From positions 17,832,651-17,896,650 of the forward strand of contig CM120647.1 of the NCBI GenBank assembly GCA_051362555.1: 64,000 nt of DNA, in the 5' to 3' direction. A program made the position numbers and the translations under genes. Origin of the DNA: Lingula anatina. Its lineage: Eukaryota; Animalia; Brachiopoda. The notes under the pieces were generated by a model, which had not been told where the DNA came from, ran no database searches, and saw nothing but the letters and a program-made list of their open reading frames with translations. Shown here one piece after another: positions 1 through 13,200 of this stretch (positions are counted from its first letter, which is position 1; each line of letters opens with the position of its first letter).

Positions 1-66
1 CAAAAGAAGTCAAATGGACTAAAGTAATCCTTCTTTTTTCAACTGATACATTAAACATGGCTGTAC

Positions 67-3000
67 CTGTTCTGATTCAGTTTGACCTTGCAATGCCCTT
101 TGACCTTGAGTGACCTTGGGTGTTGCACCATCCCCCACTGGCTGCATCTGCGTCTGTGTACACTGGGCCATGTGGTGGGGCCAGTGGGTCTGCTGGCATG
201 GGTAGTCGCAGTAACTGGTGTTCCAACAACAGTAAAATATGGCTTCCTTGCCACAGTTGGCGCACTGGAGATGTGACGTGACATGGGAATTATAAAAACT
301 GAGTTGTGAAACACAAAGGAACAAAATAAATACTAGCACATAACCTTTACATAAAAAGTAAGAGTGCAAGAACTGAATCACGGGATTGAAATTGAAATAA
401 AGGCAAGGAAAAATACCAACTTTCCAAGGATCTCAGAACCTCCAAGTGCTCATTTACTCGCAATCTCTGAACATCATAAAAAATCCCTTAAATAATTCTA
501 AAGTCATTCTTTTTCAATACAATAATAATAATAATAATAATAAGCATCAATACAAGACACAGGCTGACCAACTCACCCACTGTTTTTTCTTGGTCTCATC
601 CACAGCCTTTTGTTTTTCTGTCTCGCACTGTTTCTTCACTTTCTCCACGGTCTGTCTCCAGTCATTTTCCACAGTGGCTCTCATTTCTGCCAGCCGAAGG
701 TCTGCCACATAAAATAGTAGAATATATTTGTCTAGTAAAATAAAATAACATACAGACTTTCTCTTTTTTTTGGCTGAAGCATTTGTCTTGCTGACTGGTT
801 GCCAAATGCAATCTAATTCACCAAATGTTTTTTTCGTGCTTTGAAAGAGGTCAGACTGTTTGAGTAGTGCCGTGAAATTCAAGAAAAACCATGTCCTGTG
901 TAACTCCCAAAAGATGCTCTAGGAAAAAGTTAATAGCAAAGCAGTCTTTTTTTTTCAAAAAAGTTTGCAGCCAGTATTAGCTGTGTATTTATTCAATTAC
1001 TTTATTATATTTATCATTATTATTTTCTTTTGGTTTGCTTTTGGTTTGGTTAACAAAATTACCATCAAATAACATGTTTTACATACATGTTCTTACATAC
1101 ATATCCTCTTTGCAGTTGCAAAAATACAACTTTGTTCAAATATGAAGTGTTCTTTGATACTGACACTGATTAAATTCTATATCCTCTGTTGAAGGCTGTC
1201 AAATTATTTGATGATTTAGAAAAAATAGTTCACAATCATGATCAAAAATTTTCAACATCTTCACACATACTGATTTTTCAAATTTGATGGTGATTGGGTG
1301 AAAATTGTGTATTCGTAAACCTCACGACAGAAACAGAAGCTACCTGCAACGTGCTGCATCTCTGCCAGCTCTTGCTGGTGCCTCCAGCTTGCCTTCTCTA
1401 GCTCCAGTTGGAAGTGTTTGGCCAGACCCTGTCCTCCACTGGGACTGAGGAGATCCTTGTACAGTGACTCAAAGGTCCCTTGAACAGATTTCATGATCTG
1501 GAAAACACACAATGCAGAATAATATATAAGTATTGATATACAGCATAATATATAAGTATTGGTATACAGCATACTAAATAAGTATGGATATACAGCATAA
1601 TATATAAGTATTGATATATAGCATAATATATAAGTATTGGTATACAGCATAATATATAAGTATTGGTATACAGCATAATAAATAAGTATCGGTATACAGT
1701 ATAATATGTAAGTAATAGTATACAGGATAATGTTTAAGTTTCAGTATACAGGATAATATACAAGTATCAGTTTGCAGACTGTGCACCAAGTAATTACTTG
1801 TCGAGTATTCTCACCTGATCAGTATACTGGCTAAAATCAAACGGCGTAATATTTTCAGCCAAGGGGGCACCGCCTGATGCTGGCACACTAGATGATTGTC
1901 CTGTAGACAACTTGGCTGGTGTGCCAGAAGCTGTCTTCCCTCCCCCTGATGTTCCTGGTACTGATATGGCAGCCTGCTGCACATGTGGACTGGGCTGTAA
2001 AGCTGGGGGTTGGGGGGTGGCAACAGTAATGGGAGTAGCTGCCGAAACAGGGGAGGCTGACGGCAAAGCTGGTTTGGCAGGTGCTGGGGCTGCTGGTGTT
2101 TTCCTGAATACAAATAATATTATAAAGTTATTTTAATGTAATTTAATATAAGGATTACAATTCAAGTAAATTACGTGCTGTAATTTAAATTAAAATCATC
2201 AATTACACCAACATCTAGGGATTCATTCTTTTCATTCAAGTCTGCAGAGAACTTACTTTTTCTGAAGATGCTCCTGGAACTTCTTGGCCTGTGTCTTCCA
2301 CTGTCTCTTCCTCCATTCCTCCTCTTTCTCTTTCATCTTTCCCACCAGGTCCATGTAGACTTTAACATTGTGTTCATTCCCTCCTTCCTCTGCACTCTCC
2401 TGCAGTTTCTGGCTCTGAGATTTCTCCCTTAATAGAATCGAGATATGATTTAGCACTGAATATATGATACAATTTACTGGCCATATTTAAATTATAAATT
2501 CAAATTTAGGCATTTTTAAAACTGGGGAAAGATGAAACACAGAGGCTGTGGTTGTAATTTTTTTTCTGTTGTTGACAGTTTGTCATTTCTCTGCTTATGC
2601 ATCACTACATTATGACAAAAAAAAATCACCAAAATACTTAAAACATTCGAAGACCATCAAATTATTTTGAGAGTAATAATTGTATATACAAGTATTTCAC
2701 CCCAAAAATTGATCATTCAATATCAACAATTTAGTAAGGCTGATAAAAATGTATTTAGAAATATTGAAATTTTGATTTCATTTGAGCACAACACCAACAC
2801 TTAGTAAATAAACATATCTGCTAAACAATTACCCCTTTTTGGAAGCAATGGACGTTGGACTGCAGCGGTCAACATCAATGACCAGACGGTCACTGTCATC
2901 TCCCTCGTCTGACTGAGAACATCCCGTCTCTATTTTCTCTTCTGCTGTCTCTTTATTTGGTTCAGTTCTTCCTTCATGATCACTTTTGGCCTCTTTATTC

Positions 3001-6000
3001 AGTTCAGTATTTCCATTGCTATCATTTTTGCTTGGTTCAGTCTTTTCTTTCCCAGCATTCCCAGTAATTCCTTCTGTAACATCCTGTGATGTTGTGTCGT
3101 CTGCTGATATTGATGGGCAGGCATCTTGCACCATAGGCTTTTCCTTTTTATCATTGTCTGTACTGCTGCTGATACCTGTAGCCTCAGCTGACGTAGAAGC
3201 AGGACCAGATGAAGCCACTTCTGTTTTTGATTCTTCTGTCGTCTGCTGAGCAGCTTCCCCAATTGATTTTTGGTCCCTAGTTTTATCGCTTTCCTTCACA
3301 TTGTCATCTGAGGAAAGAGACATAAGCTTTTATTAGTTGAATCACTTTGCATCTGTTTAAGTTATTTAGGAATTTCACAAGGCTCTTGATCTTGGAAGCC
3401 ATTTTGACACTTCTATCTCCCTCCCCTCTCCACCCCAAATAAAGAATGTAAATTTTACTTTCAGTCCTTTCAAAGTGTTTAAAAAATTGGAAGATTCCCC
3501 TACCATTTTCATTTTGTTCCACTTTCTCTTCCTCTCCTTCAGATGAAGATTCATTGTCAGAACTATCGCTGCTATGTCTGCTTTCTTCCTCCTCCTCTTC
3601 ATCCTCTTCCTCCTCTTCATCTCCACTGACCTTAGAATCCTGAGAGAGAAAGAAAATTTAAAGAAATCAAATGTTCAGAGATGATTTTGGGTTGTAAAAA
3701 CAAGTAGTTAGAAATAAATTATAATTTTTCTTTACTTAAAGGCTAAGTAGCATCAGTCAAACACATCATTTCTGTCCAACAATTTCATCAAAATCCACCC
3801 ACTACTTTGAAATTTGGGCTGGTGACGAAAAGAAAGACCTTGGCAGAGGTCATAATTATAATTATTTTCTTAAAAAGCTATTCCTTACTAACCTCCTCCC
3901 CAACAATGCCCAGTTTAGCTTTACAAGATTCAATCGTCTTCTGAAGAGTGTCAAAAAAGCTCTTCTTGGTTGGAGTGCCACCTGGGGTTATTTGTGCTGA
4001 GACATCAGATAAATCTGGAATTATTTATTTTAACATTTATAGTCAAATTTTCAAAATGAGGTAAATCAATCACTTCACAATTTTAAAATTGCAGTTTTTT
4101 AACAATAACAAATGACTTTTTTTGTCTTTGGTCTTTTTCTTTTTTTCCTTTCAAATCGCATCCTACAACTATCTTCAAAAGTGATACTATTCTATCTTGG
4201 GAATCAGAATTATTTAAAAAACGTATAATTTCATTTGTAGTCCTCACCTAAATCTATATCCATTTCTTCTGTTATATCACCTCTTTTTTCCTCTGTAACC
4301 TCTTCAGTATTATCTTTATCTCTTTCATGGGAATCTTCAGAGGTTTTATTCACTTCCATCTTTTCAGAATTTTCATTGTTTTCTTTTTTCAAATTCTCGC
4401 TCTCTTGTAAAGTAGTCTCTGCTGTTTCTTCAACCTCGTTCATTTTCTCTATTGCACTCTGTATCTTTTTCAGCACATCACTGTCTGTCTTTGGGACAGC
4501 ACTTATGTCCAAACGAGGAATCTTAATATCAAAGTTACACATATCCCTCGGTATGGCATCGTCACTTATTGTGAACACACCATAGGGTGCAGCACTGGAG
4601 TTTGAAGTCTCCGGACTGTCACCTGATTTATCAGAGTTTGGTGACAAATTAAGACCATCTGATGGACGATTGCCATGTTTTGCTGCACCTCTTCGAGTTG
4701 TTATAATACTACTGTATTTATTTTTCAATGCAGTTGCTGCCTTCACAACAGATGACTTTTCAGCATCTTTTTTGTCCATCAAGCCCAAATCTGAACCAAT
4801 CAGGCGCCTTGGTTGAGTTTTTAACTGCGATATACCTGGAGTATTTGCATCTGAGCTATCATCTGACTTTGTATTGTCACCAAGACCAGTGGCGGACTCT
4901 GGTGTTGCACTCACTGACCCCTCGGTGACCTTTGGTCTCAATTTGAAATCTGCTGACTCATCGGATATATTTTCAGCAGCTTCAGATTTGACTTTAATCT
5001 TTAGGTCAGGTTCTTTAGCATCTTTGTCATCCTGGTCTGTATCAACACCCACTTTAGACAGTGCCTCCACAGGGCGATCTCTTATCTTGACTAACTTCAG
5101 GCGTTTACTAGGGATTTCCCCAGTAGGACTTACGTGGAGTTTGTTGTGGTAATACATGTTGTTCTTGTCGTATGGGGTCCTGAAAGGGGCATACTCAAAG
5201 CTGCCAAACTTCTCTCTGGAAAGAAATAAAAATAAGCTTTTTATTTTCAGAGATGAAAGTGGATCTAAGTCCTTTTTAAAAATCTGAAAAATGCAAGAAG
5301 CATAGTTCTAAAGCTCTATGTTGGGGTGTGATGGGGATGGGGGATAAATGTAACACCAAAATGTTCAGATTACTGGACAAATTCAGAAGACTTTCTCCTG
5401 AAAAATGGGAACAGTAACCAAGACAACAGTTACCGAGGCAATCAAAATCATGGTCACCACAAACTTTCCCCCTCCTCAAGTGAACCCAGGGCATAACCAT
5501 CTCCATCATATTCACCTGATTTTCTGAATATGTATTTCAATCTCTTCCATGGATTCATCGAACCCTCCTTTTTTGTTCTTCACAGCTGTCGGTACCTCCT
5601 TGGACAACATGAATAATTGCGACACAGGTACCCAGGCTCTGGAGGAGTAAGGTGGTATATGTTAAATCTGTGTTGTGAAATTACTGGAAAACATAAAGTA
5701 AGTCTATAAATCTATTTCTAGACCTACGATGTAGTCTAGTTGATGACATACATATCTCTCTTGTGGAGACTACTTGGAGAATACAGTCTTTTTATGTTTA
5801 AAACAGGGTTTGTACTCATAAGGTTCAACAAAATTTCAGGATTTTTCCAGGACTTTTCCAGGATTATTTTTAAATTTCCAGGTGTAAAAACTTTCTAATA
5901 TTTGAGGCTGTAAATTATATTTCATGAAAGGGAATATTAAGTTTGAGATCATAATACAGTCATATTTTATAAAGCCTAAAAGAAAACACAAAATTTTCTG

Positions 6001-9000
6001 TAAAACATTTTAATTATTCAAATAAATTCATCTAGCAGTCATCAGTGAAAACCAAAATTATACATAAACCGAAGCATGTGTTACGTTTTCGTGACTCTTC
6101 CGAATCCAAAACATGCTTTTCATACATGAGACATCTAGCGGTCATGGGTGAAAACCAAAATTATAAATAAACCGAGCATGAACTAGTATAACAATAGCAA
6201 TTGTGAAAATTTAAGGTGTTTTCCAGGTGTAATTTTACATTTATCAAAAAACACCCATTTCTCCAGGTTTTCCAGGACCTGGAAATTTCAAAATAAATAT
6301 CCATGATTATTTCAGGTTTCCAGGTAGTGTACGAACTCTGTTAAAATGACATGATGGCTCATTTACACAGTACAAATGATGCTTTCCCAAAACAATTTTT
6401 TCTATGTCAGCAAAACTGTAAATAAGACGGACACATGAGTAAAACAATTAAAAAATCAAATAAATTCTTTAAAACAAGTTGTTGAATTCCCTGGTGTGAT
6501 CACCATGTGACAAAATACATTCAACTAGGAGAAACTTAGTTGTGTATGCTAACATTCCTATCAAAACAGTTCTTCTACTAAAATAAAGATGGAATCATAA
6601 CCAGAGATTATACTGGAGCTTACATTTGAAAAAGAGGTCCCCAAGTTTCAGCCTTTCTTTAAGTGATCAGGGCTGTCACCAATGCCAAGTTACAATAATC
6701 TCACTCTGTTCAGGCCCGTAGCCAGCTATTTCAAAATGGACTTTTTACCATGAAACCTTCATGTACCTAGATAATATGTTATCCAGAGGCTACCTTTTCC
6801 CAGCAAAAAGGGCTACGGGCCTACTGTTGATAATTCTGAAGAACAAACTTTAAAATGACTTCTTCCTTTAACCCAGATATATGCTTACCTGTCATGGGCC
6901 CCAAAGAACCTCACGTCCACCTGTCCATCCACCTCCCTGAGTGCCTTGGCGGGCCAGAAGGGGTAACCTTTCAGTTTGGCCCAAACCAGAGGGTGAGGGG
7001 TACGCTGAAATAAAAGAAGTGCTGGTGTCTCTAAAAAATTTCAGTGCACACACCAAAGTTAAAGCATCCTCCATTTTTATCACCATTTTCACAAGTCTAC
7101 AAACCAATAGTGGAGGGAGGAGGGGGGGGGGGGTTAATGCTCTGTGTAAGATTTGGAAAAATAATAAAAATGATGAGGAGTTCTTCTCCTAGAGGTGTGC
7201 AGGCTACAGTCATCATTTTTGGCTTTTCACCCCTTAATCTCAGAACGGGGTGGAGGGGGGGAGGGAGGGGTCTGGAAAAAAGTCTACTTTTGGAAGACTT
7301 GTGAAAATAATGATAAAATGGATGACCCTAACAGAGTTTCAATTTTCATCCTTAATTTTCAGTCCTTTTAACTAAGCCCACAAGAAAATGGATTCAAACA
7401 TGTCACAAGCTGACAATTAGTCTCAGTGATGACAGACCATTATGATTTGAATCCCACCACACTTTTATAAAATTTTACCCCTAAATGCTGCATGTGCAAC
7501 AGAGGACCAGAATTCTAGACTTCTGCAGCACTTTAAGCTGAACCCAAGAACTTAAATATTGTTTTAAAACGGGTTCAAGTATCATGAATCTGGTGGTTCC
7601 TATCTGCCACCATTTTGTAAATACTCACACAGGGCTGGCAGAACCAGTTGTCACTCCTCTTGGTACAGGAGTTTGTGTAGCAGTCTGGACACACCTCGAT
7701 TTCACTCATCTAAAATGTTACATTAAATTTGTTGTAAATTGTTAAAATAAAAGAACTTAAGCACTGTGTAAGGCACACACAGATTTTTATGGCATGCACC
7801 ACATAAGAAATTTTATTTGCATTATCAACCTTATTTGGCACTAGGGTAATAAGACCATCATCACATATCTGTTTAAAAGCTTTTTAAAATCACAGATTTA
7901 AAAGAAAAGAAAGAGCTGCACTCCTGTATCAAACTATGATACAAACACAGTAAAAAACTGAGATACATCTGTATTTAGATAACAAATCAAATGATCTATA
8001 AACAGGAGTAAGATAACCCACCTCATGCTTGCATATCTTCACTATCATTTTGGCACTGGCTGTTAATTTATGGTGGGCTGAAATGTCGAGTAAAATAGAT
8101 AAGATATTCTAATAAATGAAAACTGTCAACAATCTTTTTTTTTTTTTGCAAATTCAAAATGTTGCAGGATGAAATTTTTACTTCCGCGGGGCTGAAATGT
8201 CAAGTAAATTAGATGACACATTTTAATAAATGAAAACTGCCAACAAACATTTTTTTAAATTTAGAATGTTGAAGATGAATATTTTATTTCTCCAATCCAT
8301 CTTTTTATTTGTTCAGCTATTACTTAATCTATTCATTTATCCATTTATCTTTTAAGTGGTCCACCTATGTAGTTATTCATTCATTCATCTATCTATTCAA
8401 TTGTTATATTACATCTTGAATCAAGACACATGATACAATGTTGTTTATTCTAATAATCTGTATAGTTAATAAGAGAGATAACAGAGTGATGAAAGGTCCA
8501 CATGGACTTACTTCCATTAAATATGATACAGTTATGAAGAATCCATCTGGCCTCAGCTAGGAAAGCCTCCGTACAGCCATACATCTTCTTCTTGATGTTC
8601 TAAATACATGAAATCATCAATTCAATATACTATAAAAATTCATTAGATACTATCACCAAACAGTGGTTTACATGTTTCTTCTTTAGCTTTCAAATTGTAT
8701 TCTTTTTGAGTGTGATTAAATTGGCTCAATTTGAGGATAACAACGTAACAGGTTGGACATTACAAAGTTCTGGTCATTTGTGCACACAACCCAATAAATA
8801 AATGCAAATAAAAAAGACAGGCTGAACACATTTTTATTCAACCAACTACAACAACCAGTAAATATACCACAAATATTCTACAGTATTCCCTCTCACCTTC
8901 TCCATGGTGCTAAGATCCATAGGATAAAAGATGTAGTCTTTATAATTCGGCACCTGTGTCATGTCCACTGGCTTCTGGAAGGGTTCACTCTGTGGGGGAG

Positions 9001-9977
9001 AAATAGATATCTTTACCCAAAATCAAATGAAAAATCATTTAATTCAGCATTATTTTAGACTGAACATAAAACAGGAGCATTTCAAACACAATATTGGGAA
9101 CCATCCAAGATAGCCTAAAATCTCATGACTTAGCACTAAACCGAGCAATCTCCGATGATTTCCATAATTACTGCAAAAATGAGTTAATTACAGCCTTATG
9201 TATTTAGGAAAAAGTTTTTAAATCCATACTATTCATTGCGTGGTATTGTGACATGGCTCTAGACATTAAGCTTACTCCGGAGTGTTTCATCCTTTGCAGT
9301 GCAAACTTCAGCAGCGTACACAACTGCTCCATGCTCAGTAACGACATTGCACGTGATCGCGTGTCTGTGCATTCTGCTCGCATTGTCCTCTAGAATAAAC
9401 ACACACACACACACAAAATAAATGTTTGACTGTCTTTGCTTAGATACATTTATGTGCCTTTTTAACCTAAATACAGTTTAATACATTCTCCTACTTGTAA
9501 TATATAAGTTCACGTGTATGTATGAAAGCATGCACGCACCTGCACACGTCATATACACTCATGGCAAAGCCAGCCTCTGTCAGGGTCCACTTCTATATTA
9601 AGACACTTAAAGTGGTACATTCTAGAACACAGCTCTCTCTCTCTCTCTCTCATGCATGCACACAAACAAACATACATACACACTTAACTCACACTCAGTG
9701 GTAGACTCAGGAATACGCCTCTCTCTCTCTCTCTTTGTGTGTCTCTTTATCTCTGTTTCACACACACACACAAACACACACACACTACAAATCTCTGCCA
9801 AGCTCCACCTCTTTAGTAAGAAACTTGAAGTGGTACGCTCTGGGACACAGCTTCCTCTCTCTCTCTCTCTCTCTGTGTCTGTGTGTCTCTCTCTGTCTCT
9901 GTTTTACACACACAAATGCACACACACACACCCACACCCACCCAACCACACACACACACACACAAACACCCACCCAA

Positions 9978-10016
<39 letters not shown>

Positions 10017-10026
10017 CCCACCCAAC

Positions 10027-10113
<87 letters not shown>

Positions 10114-10167
10114 ACACACACACACCCAACCACACCCACACCCACACACCCACACCCCCCCCCCCCC

Positions 10168-10206
<39 letters not shown>

Positions 10207-13200
10207 CTTACCTCACACTCAGGGCAGACCCAGTCCCCATCAGGCTCCACCTCTATATTAAGACACTTGAAGTGGTATACTCTGGGACAAAGCTCACAAC
10301 AGATCACATTACCCTCCTTGTGACACAACCAGCAGTACATGTCATTTTCTGTGTCCTGGGAGAAAGACAAAAACTGTTAACTGGAAAACAGTCTTCAATG
10401 AACACCAAGCACCTGTTGCACTTTAATATTTTATAATCTGGAAACACAAGTGAAAAATTAAAAACAGAGTAAAAACAGTTTATTCTCTTGGTGCACAAAT
10501 TTCTGTGGTGAACAGTTCTTGTGATTATATGGTTAAGGTAAGCTTGTTAAGAACACTATTCATGACAATTAAAACATTTCCACTGAATATCTACCACCTA
10601 TTCTTCTTCTGTGTGTGTAAAAGATGAAACAAAGTAAATACATTTTATTCTTCAGTACACTACTTTCTTTGAAGAGCATTTCATGTTATTCTCCAAGTTT
10701 TAGGATCAGAAGTTAAATAACAGAAATCGTATCTTTCCTTACATTTAGATAAAAAGTTAAATTGTGTTATAAGTTATGCCAAGACAAGGAGTTATACAAT
10801 TTCCGTTGTATTTTTCAGTGAAATAAGAAGAGTTTTTTTTTTTTTTTTGTTTAACATACCTCTTCTTCACCCTCCTTCTTGCTCCTTTTCACCCTCTTGG
10901 GGGGAGGGTTTAGAGGGCCCACATGGTATACCCCAGCCTCTGCTTCCCCTGCCCCAGAGCTGGTGCTGCCCTCTGACAACTGACGCTTCTTTGTGAACGC
11001 AAAACCTGGAATGACGTCACAGCAATAAACATGAAACAGAGGGTGCTGTAATGCATGCTGGAAGTGGTTTTCTATTTCGTATTTTTTCATGGGCAAATCA
11101 TATTATATCATACAAAAGATCTCTTAAAATAAATATAAGACAGCATGCCATTTCTCCTGTAGGGGGAACTAAATCTACTGAAAGTGTTTGGTACAATGTA
11201 CTTCCAAGCAGAACAGGACCGCTGACTGCTCTTATCATAACATCTGCCAACTATAGTCACCAGCAGGTGTCAGTATGAACAAGACTGCAGTAGCAGTACA
11301 CATTTAAATTACTTTATAAATAAACTTTTTAAACTTGATCCAGATATAACCAAGTTTAGCCTTGCTATTTATTTTCTACTAAGTTTGGTCATACTTTTCC
11401 TTCCCAGCGCCGGACTGGGGGTCCTGCCAGTCAGCGCTGACCGTGTCCTGATAACATTTGTTGCTACAACAACTGGGCGTGGCATGTCACTGGCACTAGG
11501 GACAACAGGCTGGCTTGTCTTGGCACTAGGAGTGACATCTGGAGGAGGGGTTGTGTTTTGTGAGACGGGTGGTTTCTTTTTCTCTGATGATTCTAAGGAA
11601 TGAAAAACAAAAAAATCATTTAATATTATAATTAAAAGGAGATCTTCAATGATTATGGTATGATGTAATAAAGTCTATGTTAACATCAGTCATAAGCACT
11701 GATTACCCCAGTTCAAGACAGCTGAAACTGTGGGTGTGGCCCAATTTTTTTTCACAGAACTGAATGATGAACAGTGAATATGATCAAATCTTACGTTAAA
11801 TCAGGCATTTGACAAAAATTATTCTTAGATTAGTGAATTGTAATTATAAGAGCATAATGTTCTAAGTCTGTCTCACTCTTGTTTTCTACAGAACAAGCTG
11901 AATCTTAATTATGGAGTATGACTCTTGAAGTCGCATTTCTATTTCAGTTGCAATAGTATACAAAAATACAATCTGATTATGTTGATTCGATGAAATCAAA
12001 ACATTGATGAATTTTTGTTGCTTTGGAATTTCTTGTATAACTAAAACATTGGCAGTCAGCCATATAAAACAAAGGGCCCTCTCTAACACACTAACAGTAA
12101 ATCTTAATCAAAAGCTAACCATATTCTAACTTGGCTCGACTCATGTTTGTTAGTTCCGATATCCATTTTTTTCCTGCTGCTATTTATAAATTTGAGACAA
12201 ACAGCCACTTCCAAGTATGAAACAGAATACCACTTAATTTGATATCTGTAATATACCAGTAGCACTGAGATTGCCAATGTCAAGTATTCAGTACAATCAT
12301 GTATTGATTTAAAGCACAAAATGAACATATGGGGTCTTATGTATCTCATTATTAACCTACTTTTGATAAGCCAATTCTTCTGTACTTATGAAAAGCATGA
12401 GCTCTAAGAAATCCTATTGATAAATGGTTGTGGTTTCATATTCAGTTCCAGCTTAGAATATGAGTCAGAGAAGAATTTCATCAGCTATGTTATGTTATAA
12501 GAATAATGTAATTTTTCTTCAATCATGAAATCTGATGAAGATGTCCTGCTAGACATCAAAATATTGGAGGTAAAAAACTCTCTCAATATTTGCTGTTGAC
12601 TGAAGAAAAATGACATTATTCAGTTCCAGCTGTTTTTCATGTTGTTACAGCCAGGAACCAAGAAAATTCTCTAAGCAGAAATTGTGTGATGTTGTTTAAT
12701 TAAAAACACAAAGAATCAATAACACTGACACCAGGAATATCCCACACCACTTCTACACAAATAAATTAACTCAAAACACAGTTAATGACAAATAATCATG
12801 AAACAACTGGAAATGAAATACACCTTATAACAGTGTCCTGACTTCCTTTACTTGAGAAGAGAAAAAAAACTCTGGTCTTTGTTATATTTGTTTTTCCACT
12901 TACCTCCCACATTGGCTGGCATCTTCTTCTTATTGTCAGCATTTCCTGTAAAATAAACATTTGATCACATTCTGTCACACACACTCTTCTAAAAAGATAA
13001 CTTGATTTTCATGACCAGAAAAACCATTTACAATGAGAAACTAGTCAGTAACATTTTAGTATGTATTTCACCCCCAGTGCACTTAAATTTATATAAAACT
13101 TGTCATTACATATTCAGATTTTCTCAGCAATCTTTAAGCTCTCACATCTACAGTTTCACCTTTAACCATCAGAGATCAATTTACTATTAATAATATCATG

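Noticed and set aside
2257-2456. Apparent frame conflict (possible frameshift) in ZMYND8 if the acceptor at 2456 is used
   Set aside because: Resolved by the TTCTATTAAG acceptor at 2428, which restores the phase.
9656-10436. Long His/Thr and Cys/Val ORFs
   Set aside because: Translations of the (CA)n microsatellite; only 10212-10355 is a real exon.
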